DNA of 15,600 bases from Candidatus Hadarchaeales archaeon (GCA_038823825.1 JAWBCC010000007.1:1-15600); one strand, 5' to 3'. Numbered from the stretch's first letter, positions 8,201 to 15,473 are shown. Made by a program: numbers and translations. The notes: generated from the sequence alone by a model not told the origin.

Positions 8201-8924
8201 CTGGATTCGGTCTACGCTGCCAGTTTATTCCATCTGTGCTTGTGGCCATGCCGATTACGGAAGGTCCTCCATGTGAAGCCTGCGCCCTATAAAACATGTA
8301 GAAAACTCCATTGTGATAGGCAACAGCGGGATTATATGCGGCATACCCATCAAACCCGCTCCCACTTGGCCCAAAAACCGGAGAATTTTCCTTTACCCAT
8401 TCGTTCTCGAAGAATGGGGGTTTCGACTCTGCCTTTTTCACCGGAATGTTTTCCCGCCGGTTTACCTTGAATCTCTCCGGAAATTCCCTGCTTGATCCAT
8501 CCACACCAACCCAGACGCTCCAATTTCCAGGAGATGCTTTCCTATCAAGTTTTACTCTAAATGTCCATAGACCGGTGGAAACAGAGGATTTTGACGGATC
8601 GATATATCCAAATCCTGGACCTACCTCGGAGAACCCTTCACCCGACCGCCATCTGAATGTGTAGTGCTCCTCCAAGGAATCCCGAGCTTCAGGAGAAACT
8701 CCAGCTTTGTATAACTTGAGCAGAACCTCACTCGCGTTACCCGAAATCTGAACGCCTACGGAAAACCACACTTCCGGATCTATGTTGTCAAGAATTATTA
8801 TCGCGGATATCTGTGGAGCTGATTGCGCAAAAACAGTTGCTTCCGAAGTTGAAGCGATAAGAGTAAAAGCAGCTAAGAAAAAGACGAGTATCCTCCCGGA
8901 CTTCAAATCCGTCATCGTCTTCAC
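5277..8924 (-). CDS. Exported GH130-family beta-mannoside hydrolase/phosphorylase-like protein with N-terminal beta-sandwich module, LamG, Ig-like domains, CARDB-like domain and C-terminal TM anchor
   Basis: GTG start; N-terminal hydrophobic signal (ILVFFLAAFTLIASTSEATVFA). GH130 hallmarks: NPAVAYHNGVFYMFYRA...GGGCEDPRIVKIGETFWMTYTAYDG...EPGPAPFVLQNGIFLLYNS...YYGAADMYVGLA. LamG: GWWKFDEGSGATAYDSSGYGNHGTV...FDGLIDEVMVFGRPLSESEI. CARDB-like C-terminus and hydrophobic LWVVGVVIAIGGAIFAIFKFF. Confidence 0.87.
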   Translation of the reverse strand: MKTMTDLKSGRILVFFLAAFTLIASTSEATVFAQSAPQISAIIILDNIDPEVWFSVGVQISGNASEVLLKLYKAGVSPEARDSLEEHYTFRWRSGEGFSEVGPGFGYIDPSKSSVSTGLWTFRVKLDRKASPGNWSVWVGVDGSSREFPERFKVNRRENIPVKKAESKPPFFENEWVKENSPVFGPSGSGFDGYAAYNPAVAYHNGVFYMFYRAQASHGGPSVIGMATSTDGINWQRRPNPAIAPTEWYELGGGCEDPRIVKIGETFWMTYTAYDGTTARLALARSANLENWEKVGLAFRDTSLWTKSGAIVPVKINGKYWMYLEAGAGGGDLYYAFSENLTDWTLGGVVMRRRGGYFDALTIEPGPAPFVLQNGIFLLYNSLDAPLGSGGMMRVGWVIFSLRDPTKIVARCEEPFMRPEFSWERTGQVVDCVFAEGLVRVDNIWYLYYGAADMYVGLARAPVRERESLLSVDTQEEWSIGSTSGNLLIKQYGGIELIKLDPIGWWKFDEGSGATAYDSSGYGNHGTVIGASWVTGRIGGALDFPGGTARVEVGDKDILEGLSGLSIVAWINPRSKPHNGEIVKKDIVYLLRVNESARGTTAFMVWDSAGNKYTLEVPDQNFPNNSWSLIAAVWDGSKIRIYKDNAVRLGEAPASFGRLNSNTNSFTIGNQPGGGEGFDGLIDEVMVFGRPLSESEIKILYSGLSEVKTSGQWISNWIDLGQTSSLEFLEVSSKIAQGEEVKILVETSLDGSTAAENTGWITLSGGVEKIPLSLPQTRFVRVTFSLRSENVTHSPSVSSFAFYGQAVPIISTTGNPLAVQSGSVLLSGFLEDLDNQETVVWLEWRPAGGSWSQTTKRTMSWREWFSAIVSGIMENSTYEFRAVAMDNNSGKVVMGLVKTFVADFTPPLQFSLISPENGSHLSESPILQWQATSDEISGLSHYEVWINGQNVENVTATTYNTALGENFYEWFVVAVDRMGNRRESGKFIFYLGNVQPPQISLSVSPRSRTVLRGESVTFTITIGYLSGIKLPMYLSVTGLPQDSSASFSQSSGVPSFTSTLTVSVGSNAQAGTYTLRLTVSGGGKMWSENLLLTVRSPAVFVIENMSLSKRRVSPGEKFKVYVWVKNVGDETGQTTIKLAVDNVEKDEKILEIPAGESVCVFFTLSIDESGTHTVNVDGLSESVEVVPSGFPLWVVGVVIAIGGAIFAIFKFFLIK
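5364..5633 (-). other. C-terminal CARDB-like domain of the GH130 protein
   Basis: VFVIENMSLSKRRVSPGEKFKVYVWVKNVGDETG...SGTHTVNVDGLSESVEVV closely resembles the repeats of the 2636-3730 protein. Confidence 0.8.
6810..7427 (-). other. Canonical LamG domain in the GH130 protein
   Basis: WWKFDEGSGATAYDSSGYGNHGTVIGASWV...LIDEVMVFGRPLSESEIKILY. Confidence 0.85.
7521..8372 (-). other. GH130 five-bladed beta-propeller catalytic domain
   Basis: Contains G(G)CEDPR, which fits the conserved catalytic-Asp region of GH130, plus repeated propeller-blade motifs. Confidence 0.75.
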
Positions 8925-9469
8925 TCGATTATTTTAGTAATTCGCTTTATCTCTGGATCTGTGAAAACATCGTGCTCATCGGTGCTAGTTGTGGAAAACT
9001 CAGAAACCACAGCTCCCTTCGGTCCAGCCTGGAACCAGTGCAACGTGTTTGGCGGAATTGTATACTGATCGCCAGGCTTCAGCACTATCTCATGTCTGGC
9101 TGTGAAATACTTTTCTCTTCCCTTAGGAATCTTGGCATGAATCTTTGGAGAAGGCTCGCCCGGCACGTAAAGGTATACTTTGCCCCAGCGACATCTGAAG
9201 GTCTCCATTTTTCCTGGTCTCTCACCAACTGGCGGATGTCTGTGCTCCGGACAAGTCTGATGGGGAAATAGAATCAACTCTTTCGCGCAGTAATAATCGT
9301 TGTTCACATAAACAACAAGCTGGAGTCCTATCCTCTCGACATCATTGAGACCGAAATCTGCAACCTCCATTTTTTCCTTTTCTTCTTTTGTCAGAACGAT
9401 TCCCGCCTGTTTGAGAAGCCTCAGCGCCCGGTCCCTGTACCTTCTCCATTGTTCGCGAGTTATTGCCAA
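8921..9469 (-). CDS. D-lyxose ketol-isomerase-like cupin sugar isomerase (possible mannose/fructose isomerase)
   Basis: TTG start preceded by SD-like GGGAGGCGA. Sequence VNNDYYCAKELILFPHQTCPEHRHPPVGERPGKMETFRCRWGKVYLYVPGE...HEIVLKPGDQYTIPPNTLHWFQAG...FSTTSTDEHDVFTDPEIKR matches the D-lyxose isomerase cupin pattern, including candidate metal-binding His/Glu residues. Confidence 0.85.
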   Translation of the reverse strand: MAITREQWRRYRDRALRLLKQAGIVLTKEEKEKMEVADFGLNDVERIGLQLVVYVNNDYYCAKELILFPHQTCPEHRHPPVGERPGKMETFRCRWGKVYLYVPGEPSPKIHAKIPKGREKYFTARHEIVLKPGDQYTIPPNTLHWFQAGPKGAVVSEFSTTSTDEHDVFTDPEIKRITKIIE

Positions 9470-9502
9470 CTATATCGCCTCCCTAACTTTTCACTCATTA
9501 TC

Positions 9503-9518
9503 AATTAAAGCTTTCCGG
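9503..9518 (-). promoter_or_regulatory. Possible internal BRE/TATA-like promoter before the isomerase gene
   Basis: Minus strand CCGGAAAGCTTTAATT, about 34 nt upstream of the TTG start, in the only sizeable gap (76 nt) between 15361 and 5277. Confidence 0.35.
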
Positions 9519-9545
9519 TAAATTCTGAATTCCTTAATAAGAAAC

Positions 9546-10391
9546 CTAATGAGCTTCTTCCTCCTCCATTATCGCCATCATGAAGTATCTATGGAGGAGA
9601 ACGTAGATAACCAGCAGAGGCAAAACGGTCAGAATCGCACCTGCCATAAATAGATTCCACTTGGCGAGTCCTCCCATCATTCCGAAGAGTCCTACAGTCA
9701 CGGGCATCGCCTGAGACTCTACTCCACCGAGAACAAGACCAAAGAGAAAGTCGTTCCAAATCGAAGTGAACTGATAAATCATCACGGAAATGATGGCTGG
9801 TTTAGACGCCGGTAGAATTACCTTTCTGTAGATTTCCCAGTCGCTCGCTTTTCTTTTCTTCAATTCCCTTATTTTTTTGTCTGGAATGTGCGTGTAGAAG
9901 TTTCTAAAGAGAAGTGTGCAGATCGGAATTCCGTAAACTGTGTGAACGAAAACCATGCCGGGAAGAGTATACGTGAGATTCAGTTCGCTCATCGTCCTGA
10001 AAAGGGGAAAGACAATCGTCGTGTAAGGTAGGAATGTTCCTGCGACCAAAACCATGAAGAGCAACTCCTTATACCTGAACTTCTGCTTGGAGAATACATA
10101 ACCCATCCAAGATCCTATGATTATAGAGCAGAGAACCGCACCTGTCGTGAAGACTAGACTGTTGAGTAGTGGTCTCCCGAGTTTTTCTATGGCTTCTCCG
10201 TAAGCTTCCAAGGTCGGACTCCGGGGTGGCGCGAGCGGATTTGTGGTCCCTATTTCCGCCCAAGGCTTCAAAGAAGTGACTAAAGCGACCCAAATTGGGA
10301 GAAGGAAAATGAAGGTTACCACTATCAGAATCGCGTATATCAAAAGTCTTTTCCAATTCTTTTTGATATAATTCAAAACTTTCGCGATCAT
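9546..10391 (-). CDS. Sugar ABC transporter permease, MalG/CUT1-like
   Basis: Multiple TM helices; PLWVALVTSLKPWAEIGT, YTLPGMVFVHTVYGIPICTLLFRNFY, degenerate EAA loop IRELKKRKASDWEIYRKVILPASKPAIISVMIYQFTSIWNDFLFGLVL. Confidence 0.9.
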   Translation of the reverse strand: MIAKVLNYIKKNWKRLLIYAILIVVTFIFLLPIWVALVTSLKPWAEIGTTNPLAPPRSPTLEAYGEAIEKLGRPLLNSLVFTTGAVLCSIIIGSWMGYVFSKQKFRYKELLFMVLVAGTFLPYTTIVFPLFRTMSELNLTYTLPGMVFVHTVYGIPICTLLFRNFYTHIPDKKIRELKKRKASDWEIYRKVILPASKPAIISVMIYQFTSIWNDFLFGLVLGGVESQAMPVTVGLFGMMGGLAKWNLFMAGAILTVLPLLVIYVLLHRYFMMAIMEEEEAH

Positions 10392-11242
10392 CTATGTCCC
10401 CTGTATGAGAACCAGACGTATGGGAGAACTATCGCCAAAACTATTCCGACGAGAATGTTACCAATCACTGCCCCGTAGGCGACGTTCATTTTCTGGTAAG
10501 CTTCCACATAAACCAAAATTGGGAGGGTGTAGTAAGAGCCTGGAGGATACCCCCGAGCCATCGTCCACAGGAGATCAAAGGATGCTTTGAGAACAAAAAC
10601 GAAGATGACCACCGCACAACTCAGCAGAGGTATTCTCAACCTTGGAAACTCGACTTTCCAGAATATCTGCCACCAGTTCATCCCTTTTTTCCTTGCATTT
10701 TCTATTTCTTTTCTCGGAACAGATTTGAGACCGGCCAGCAAGACCAACGCAGAGTAACCTGAGAACTGCCAGATTATCGGAATCAAAACTGAAGCGAGTA
10801 TTGCGGATGAGCTTATCCAGTCGCGAGCAAAGAAACCCAATCTTATCGACCTCAGAAGTGAGTTTATCGCACCATCCGGCTGAAACATCCAAGACCATAT
10901 GACCCCAGTCACAACGAGTGAGAATGCAAACGGAAGTAGGAAGATTATGGTGAATATTTTTATCCCCTTTACTCGCTGGTTGAGCAAAAATGCGAGAAAT
11001 AGTCCTGCGGCAAGACAAAGCGGAATTGCGGAGAAGAGAATGAACGTGTTGAGAAGAGATCTCCCGAAGAGATCGCTTTTTATTACGGCAGAGTAGTTGC
11101 TGAGACCCACAAAATTGTACGAGGGAATCGCTCCCTTCCAATCGGTGAAGGAAATCACAACGTTCCAAGTGACCATTCCGTAAACGAAGTAGGCTGCCAG
11201 AACAAAGAGAACCAACACGGTTAGGAGTGTTGTTCTCTCCAA
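10388..11242 (-). CDS. Sugar ABC transporter permease, MalF/CUT1-like
   Basis: Multiple TM helices; WNVVISFTDWKG...FVGLSNYSAVI, IFLLPFAFSLVVTGVIWSWMFQPDGAINSLLR, degenerate EAA loop IENARKKGMNWWQIFWKVEFPRLRIPLLS. ATGA overlap with the next gene. Confidence 0.9.
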   Translation of the reverse strand: MERTTLLTVLVLFVLAAYFVYGMVTWNVVISFTDWKGAIPSYNFVGLSNYSAVIKSDLFGRSLLNTFILFSAIPLCLAAGLFLAFLLNQRVKGIKIFTIIFLLPFAFSLVVTGVIWSWMFQPDGAINSLLRSIRLGFFARDWISSSAILASVLIPIIWQFSGYSALVLLAGLKSVPRKEIENARKKGMNWWQIFWKVEFPRLRIPLLSCAVVIFVFVLKASFDLLWTMARGYPPGSYYTLPILVYVEAYQKMNVAYGAVIGNILVGIVLAIVLPYVWFSYRGHR

Positions 11243-11255
11243 GAATCTCCCTCTA

Positions 11256-12614
11256 TCAGACGATGTCCCACGATATCGTGTAGGTTCCGGAGCGTATCAG
11301 AGAAGCGATTGTTGATGCCGAAGCGCTCACATTCTGGAACTCCACAAACTCGCTTATCTTCGGGTGAAGGTCGTACAGGATTTCGTTCGGAATGGCTATC
11401 CCGTGAGTGAAGCTCGGATAAAACTTAGTCTGCGGATTCCTCAGAGCAGAAGCCGCGTTCCTCGCATAACTGTTGGTGTATATATTGTCTGGAACATCAC
11501 GATAGGGGGAAACCGAACCTTTGACCGGGTTGAAGCTTGATTGAACCTCTAATGTCGTGTAAGAATAAACCCACCTTAGACCTCCAATCACATTACCTTT
11601 CTTCGGAACAACAAAACCGTCAACCACTAGACCAAACAAGTTTTCCGTTCCTGGCGCCAAAAAGATGTCGTACTGAACTCCAAGCGTCCATCCTCTCTGC
11701 TCGAAGTAAGCGTTGGCCCAATCGCCATGCACGTACATCGCAACACGACCGTTAAAGAGCTGACCGCAAGCCTCCGCCCAATTTCTAGCACGGTGATCAT
11801 CTGGAACATAACTCAAATATCTTTTGAATAACTGGAGGATTGGCTCCAGCTCTTCCGCCGTAACCGTTCCGTTTATGAACTTCTCATAGGTTTGTAGGCT
11901 ATATCCAGCCATTATTGTTTCAAATATTTGGGTGGCAGCCCAGTCAGTCCCCATTCCGTCACCAACCTCTAGCGGATAGATGTTCAGACCTCTCTCTTGT
12001 GCCCTCTGCTTGATTAAGTCACATAGATTGAAGAATTCTTCCCAAGTTCTAGGTGGATTCGTCATATCTATTCCGAGTTGCTGTAGGAGTTGCTTGTTGT
12101 AGAAAACTACATTCGTTCTGTGTACCCCAACTGGAACCAAATAGTAATTCCCATCAAGCTTGCACATCTTCTCTACTATAGCCGGTACACGTTCGGCAAT
12201 GTTCGCATACTCCCACAGATCGTTAAGATTTCTCAGATAGTATCCTCCGTATCTAGCTGTTTCGTAGCCGGGATGAGACTGGAAGGAACCCGGAATGTTT
12301 GTCCCGGCCACAAGAGAGGGAAGAATCCTCGGCGGCATGTTTCCACCGGCGCCTCCGGGCACGGGGACGGGCGTGAGAGTCATGTTCGGATAAAGCTGTT
12401 CCATCTTGTTCTTAAGAACTCTAAAACCTTGTTCCTCGACATCTATTGTCCACCAGTGGGCTACGCTCACGTTTCCACTTGCCTGATAATTTTCCACAAT
12501 TTCTTGAACATTCTCAGTAACTTCTGCCGGTCCTTCACGTCTCGTCACGACCAAAACCAATCCAGCAATTACAAGAATACCTATGACCACTGCGAGTATT
12601 TGCGTTATCTTCAA
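11256..12614 (-). CDS. Membrane-anchored ABC transporter sugar-binding protein (glucose/mannose-type candidate)
   Basis: TTG start with SD-like AGGAGGAGAT. N-terminal TM ILAVVIGILVIAGLVLVV. SVAHWWTIDVEEQGFRVLKNKMEQLYPNMTLTPVPVPGGAGGNMPPRILPSLVAGTNIPGSFQSHPGYE resembles monosaccharide-binding CUT1 proteins. Adjacent to two permeases. Confidence 0.87.
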   Translation of the reverse strand: MKITQILAVVIGILVIAGLVLVVTRREGPAEVTENVQEIVENYQASGNVSVAHWWTIDVEEQGFRVLKNKMEQLYPNMTLTPVPVPGGAGGNMPPRILPSLVAGTNIPGSFQSHPGYETARYGGYYLRNLNDLWEYANIAERVPAIVEKMCKLDGNYYLVPVGVHRTNVVFYNKQLLQQLGIDMTNPPRTWEEFFNLCDLIKQRAQERGLNIYPLEVGDGMGTDWAATQIFETIMAGYSLQTYEKFINGTVTAEELEPILQLFKRYLSYVPDDHRARNWAEACGQLFNGRVAMYVHGDWANAYFEQRGWTLGVQYDIFLAPGTENLFGLVVDGFVVPKKGNVIGGLRWVYSYTTLEVQSSFNPVKGSVSPYRDVPDNIYTNSYARNAASALRNPQTKFYPSFTHGIAIPNEILYDLHPKISEFVEFQNVSASASTIASLIRSGTYTISWDIV

Positions 12615-12616
12615 GT

Positions 12617-15361
12617 TTATCTCCTCCTTCCTTTTTTCATTCTAAGCACATAAAAACCAAACGCTAAAACAATGAACGCTGCTACTGATATAATTGCAAT
12701 GATGAATGTTGAGCCGAGGCCCGGTGTTCCTACAACGAAAGACGCCTGAAAGTTCTCAAGATCGATGGTATGCGTTCCCAAGGACAAAGCATGCGAGTAA
12801 ATGTTAAACACCACCGGAAGGGATTCCCCAGGCTGAAGAGAAACAGTTCTTGAATCCACAACAATCCCATCAAGCTTTAGCTGCAGGGTCTTCTCCACCA
12901 CTCTCGAGCTCTGGTTAGTAACGGTGACCTTAACTTTCAGAATGTCTCCTCGAGAGATGGAATTCGCCGATAAAGAGAAATTACTCAGAAGGATGTCGGA
13001 AACGGTAGAGCTAGACATGGAGGGTGGAGGCTCGCTCACGCCCCAGCTCGTGTTTGGATTTGGCCCCATCCAAAGCTCTAGCGTTCCTCCATTTATTATT
13101 TCAGAATGCCAGAGCCAAGCTCTTTCAAGTGGCTGCCCATTGAGTTTAGCTGATTGAACGTAAATGTTCGTTGGTGAATTGTTGTAAACGATTATTTCAA
13201 ACTTTTTGTTTTGACCGTAAAAGCTCGGCAGATTTATCGTTATCTTGTCAAAAATGGGGCTTCCGATGACATACGTGAGACTAGGTGGACAAACCGGATA
13301 GAAACCCATAGAACTGAAAATAAACCACGCTGACATCTGACCGCAATCATCATTTCCGGGTAGACCGTGGGGACCGAGCCGATATCTCGTCTCCAGAACA
13401 TTTCTCACCCAGTATTGTGTTCTCCATGGAGCTCCCGCATATACAAAGAGATAGGCGATGTGATGGCTCGGCTCGTTGCCGTGCCAGTAGTATCTCACCC
13501 TTCCCTGTTCCGTGAATCTGTTATCCGCAAGAAGAGAAGGTTCTTCGCTTTTTTCGAAGAGTCTTTCCAGCTTTCCGATGAAATTCTCCTTCCCCATTAC
13601 GTCTATTAGCCCCTGAACATCGTGCGGAACGAACCAAGTGTACTGCCACGGATTTCCTTCATTTGGTTGAGTTATATATGAGTAATAGCCCCGCGGGTCG
13701 AAGGGTTCTTCCCAGGTCCCATCGGATTTTCTTCCTTGAACATATCCTTTGTAGGGATTGCCGGGTTCGCCTGGAGCTTCCGGATTGTAAACATTCCTCC
13801 AGTTTGTTGCACGTTGCATGAAGTATCTATAATCGTTGTCCTTCCCAAGAGCTTTTGCGAGTTGTGCTATACACCAATCGTCGTAAGCATACTCTAAGGT
13901 CAGGGAAACAGATTCGCGGTATCCCCTATCGGTCGGACAGTAACCGAGAGTCATGTAGTCTTCAATTCCCGTTCTTGCCTCATAGAACGGAGGTGGACTC
14001 TGAGTAGCGTTCTTCACCATGGCCTCATATGCCTTCTGAACGTCGAAGTCCGTTATTCCCTTTAGATACGCCTCAGTCACCAAAGAATCTCCGTGAGTTC
14101 CGATCATTATACTCGAATAACCAGGGTTGGGCCACTTTGGCATCCACCCTCCCTGTTCGTACATGGCAACCAGAGAACGCATCATATCCCTAACTCTTTC
14201 CGGAACTAGGAAAATTTGGAGAGCGTGCAGGGCCCTGAAGGTGTCCCACATTGAAAAATCATTGTAGAACTCCCAGCCGTCGCATGTATGCACACGTGCG
14301 TCAAAAACGCTGAAATATTTTCCGTATTCGGATGAGACCCTGGGAAGGAGAAGTGCATGATAGAGCGCCGTGTAGAATTTTATTTTATCGGCGTCTGTTC
14401 CACCCTCAACTCGGATCATGCTGAGAAGCTGGTTCCACTTCTGTCTAGCCTGCTGTCTAACACCATCGAAGTCCCAACCAGGAATTTCAGCTTGCATGTT
14501 GTAACGAGCCTGCTCAACGCTTATGAATGAGATGCTCGCTTTCACGTAAACAACTTCTCCTGCGCTTACGGGGAAAGATACCCAAGCACCAGAATTGTAT
14601 GCGCGCACCTCAGTGTTGCCAGGATTTTTTGTGGAGCCCTGATATGTTCCCCACGAAGTAAACTGCTTGCTGAAGGTAACAACGTAGTATCCTTTGAATT
14701 CACCAGTTGGGGCTCTGTATAAACCGACGTCAGAATATCCGACAATCTCATTGTTTTCAGGTATTATCTTAGACCAACCTGTTCCTAAATGCGTGTCTAT
14801 CAAAATGTGAGCATTGCCCGAGTTTTCGAATGTAAGCCTAAGAAGACCGACGCGCATAGTCGAGGTGACTTCTACTCGAATCCCATAGTCATCGAATGTG
14901 ACCGCATAATAGCCGGGGGTTGCGATCTCCGTTTCGTGCCTTATCCTCGAGGATCTCTCCGGACCTGTTTTGACCTCGCTCCCGAACATCGGCATGATCG
15001 TTATGCATGCATAATCAGACATGCAGGAGCCGCTCGGGAAGTGCGATCCCCTTATTCCTGCTATTTCCATCGTGTCTGCTGGCTTCCACCTTCCTCCCTC
15101 CTCGATGAATATGTATTCATATGGATAGGAAATGTCTGAGGCCTGCTCCTTTCTCACCGGATCCCATGTTGTCATTGCGAAAGGAACAGCGGCGCCTGGA
15201 CTTGTGTGACCATGACGAGTTCCGATGAAAGGATCTACATAATCAACCGGATCCGTGCCACGCGGAGAAGTGAGCCAAGGAACAGATGCAGATGCAGAGC
15301 TTATAAAAATAAGAAGAAAAATCGTCATAACGACTAGACTTCTCCCGAATTCTCTATTCAT
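12617..15361 (-). CDS. Exported, membrane-anchored GH92-family alpha-mannosidase with C-terminal CARDB-like domain and TM helix
   Basis: Signal peptide (SLVVMTIFLLIFISSASA). GH92 hallmarks: DYVDPFIGTRHGHTSPGAAVPFAM, FSMWDTFRALHAL, WHGNEPSHHIAYLFVYAGAPWRTQ, GLPGNDDCGQMSAWFIFSSMGFYPVCP, YVIGSPIF. TM tail FIIAIISVAAFIVLAFGFYVLRMKKGRRR. Confidence 0.95.
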   Translation of the reverse strand: MNREFGRSLVVMTIFLLIFISSASASVPWLTSPRGTDPVDYVDPFIGTRHGHTSPGAAVPFAMTTWDPVRKEQASDISYPYEYIFIEEGGRWKPADTMEIAGIRGSHFPSGSCMSDYACITIMPMFGSEVKTGPERSSRIRHETEIATPGYYAVTFDDYGIRVEVTSTMRVGLLRLTFENSGNAHILIDTHLGTGWSKIIPENNEIVGYSDVGLYRAPTGEFKGYYVVTFSKQFTSWGTYQGSTKNPGNTEVRAYNSGAWVSFPVSAGEVVYVKASISFISVEQARYNMQAEIPGWDFDGVRQQARQKWNQLLSMIRVEGGTDADKIKFYTALYHALLLPRVSSEYGKYFSVFDARVHTCDGWEFYNDFSMWDTFRALHALQIFLVPERVRDMMRSLVAMYEQGGWMPKWPNPGYSSIMIGTHGDSLVTEAYLKGITDFDVQKAYEAMVKNATQSPPPFYEARTGIEDYMTLGYCPTDRGYRESVSLTLEYAYDDWCIAQLAKALGKDNDYRYFMQRATNWRNVYNPEAPGEPGNPYKGYVQGRKSDGTWEEPFDPRGYYSYITQPNEGNPWQYTWFVPHDVQGLIDVMGKENFIGKLERLFEKSEEPSLLADNRFTEQGRVRYYWHGNEPSHHIAYLFVYAGAPWRTQYWVRNVLETRYRLGPHGLPGNDDCGQMSAWFIFSSMGFYPVCPPSLTYVIGSPIFDKITINLPSFYGQNKKFEIIVYNNSPTNIYVQSAKLNGQPLERAWLWHSEIINGGTLELWMGPNPNTSWGVSEPPPSMSSSTVSDILLSNFSLSANSISRGDILKVKVTVTNQSSRVVEKTLQLKLDGIVVDSRTVSLQPGESLPVVFNIYSHALSLGTHTIDLENFQASFVVGTPGLGSTFIIAIISVAAFIVLAFGFYVLRMKKGRRR
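12722..13003 (-). other. C-terminal CARDB-like domain of the GH92 protein
   Basis: ILLSNFSLSANSISRGDILKVKVTVTNQSSRVVEKTLQLKLDGIVV...LGTHTIDLENFQASFVV. Confidence 0.75.
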
Positions 15362-15407
15362 CTAGAATTCCCCTCCCAGTATCCTTCTCATTCTCATTTT
15401 TCGGAAA

Positions 15408-15426
15408 GGTATATAAAGATTTTTGA
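15408..15426 (-). promoter_or_regulatory. Archaeal BRE/TATA promoter upstream of the GH92 gene
   Basis: Minus strand GTCAAAAATCTTTATATACC, with a strong TTTATATA box about 49 nt upstream of the ATG at 15361. SD-like GGAGGGG lies just before the ATG. Confidence 0.65.
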
Positions 15427-15433
15427 CTCTTGC

Positions 15434-15466
15434 TGAAAAAAGAAAAAAGAAAGAAAAAGGAAAAGG
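15434..15466 (-). terminator. T-rich terminator tract downstream of the 15474-15600 CDS
   Basis: Minus-strand run TTTTCCTTTTTCTTTCTTTTTTCTTTTTT begins shortly after the TAA stop. T-tracts are typical of archaeal termination. Confidence 0.5.
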
Positions 15467-15473
15467 GCTAGGA

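Noticed and set aside
7806-8470. Plus-strand ORFs at 7806-8060 and 8150-8470
   Set aside because: Antisense to the well supported GH130 catalytic domain. No domain signature and no promoter or SD seen.
10575-11168. 197-aa minus-strand ORF in the track
   Set aside because: It is an out-of-frame shadow of the MalF-like permease (10388-11242). It has no recognisable domain and its composition is not protein-like.
12090-12653. 187-aa plus-strand ORF
   Set aside because: Antisense to the sugar-binding protein gene and extending across the GH92/binding-protein junction. Low-complexity Ser/Cys-rich tail with no family resemblance; most likely chance.
14789-15139. 116-aa plus-strand ORF
   Set aside because: Antisense to the GH92 N-terminal domain; no homology signature recognised.
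15434-15466. Possible stem-loop near GGCCTAATCCTAGCCC before the T-rich tract
   Set aside because: Pairing is short and imperfect; only the T-tract itself is supported.
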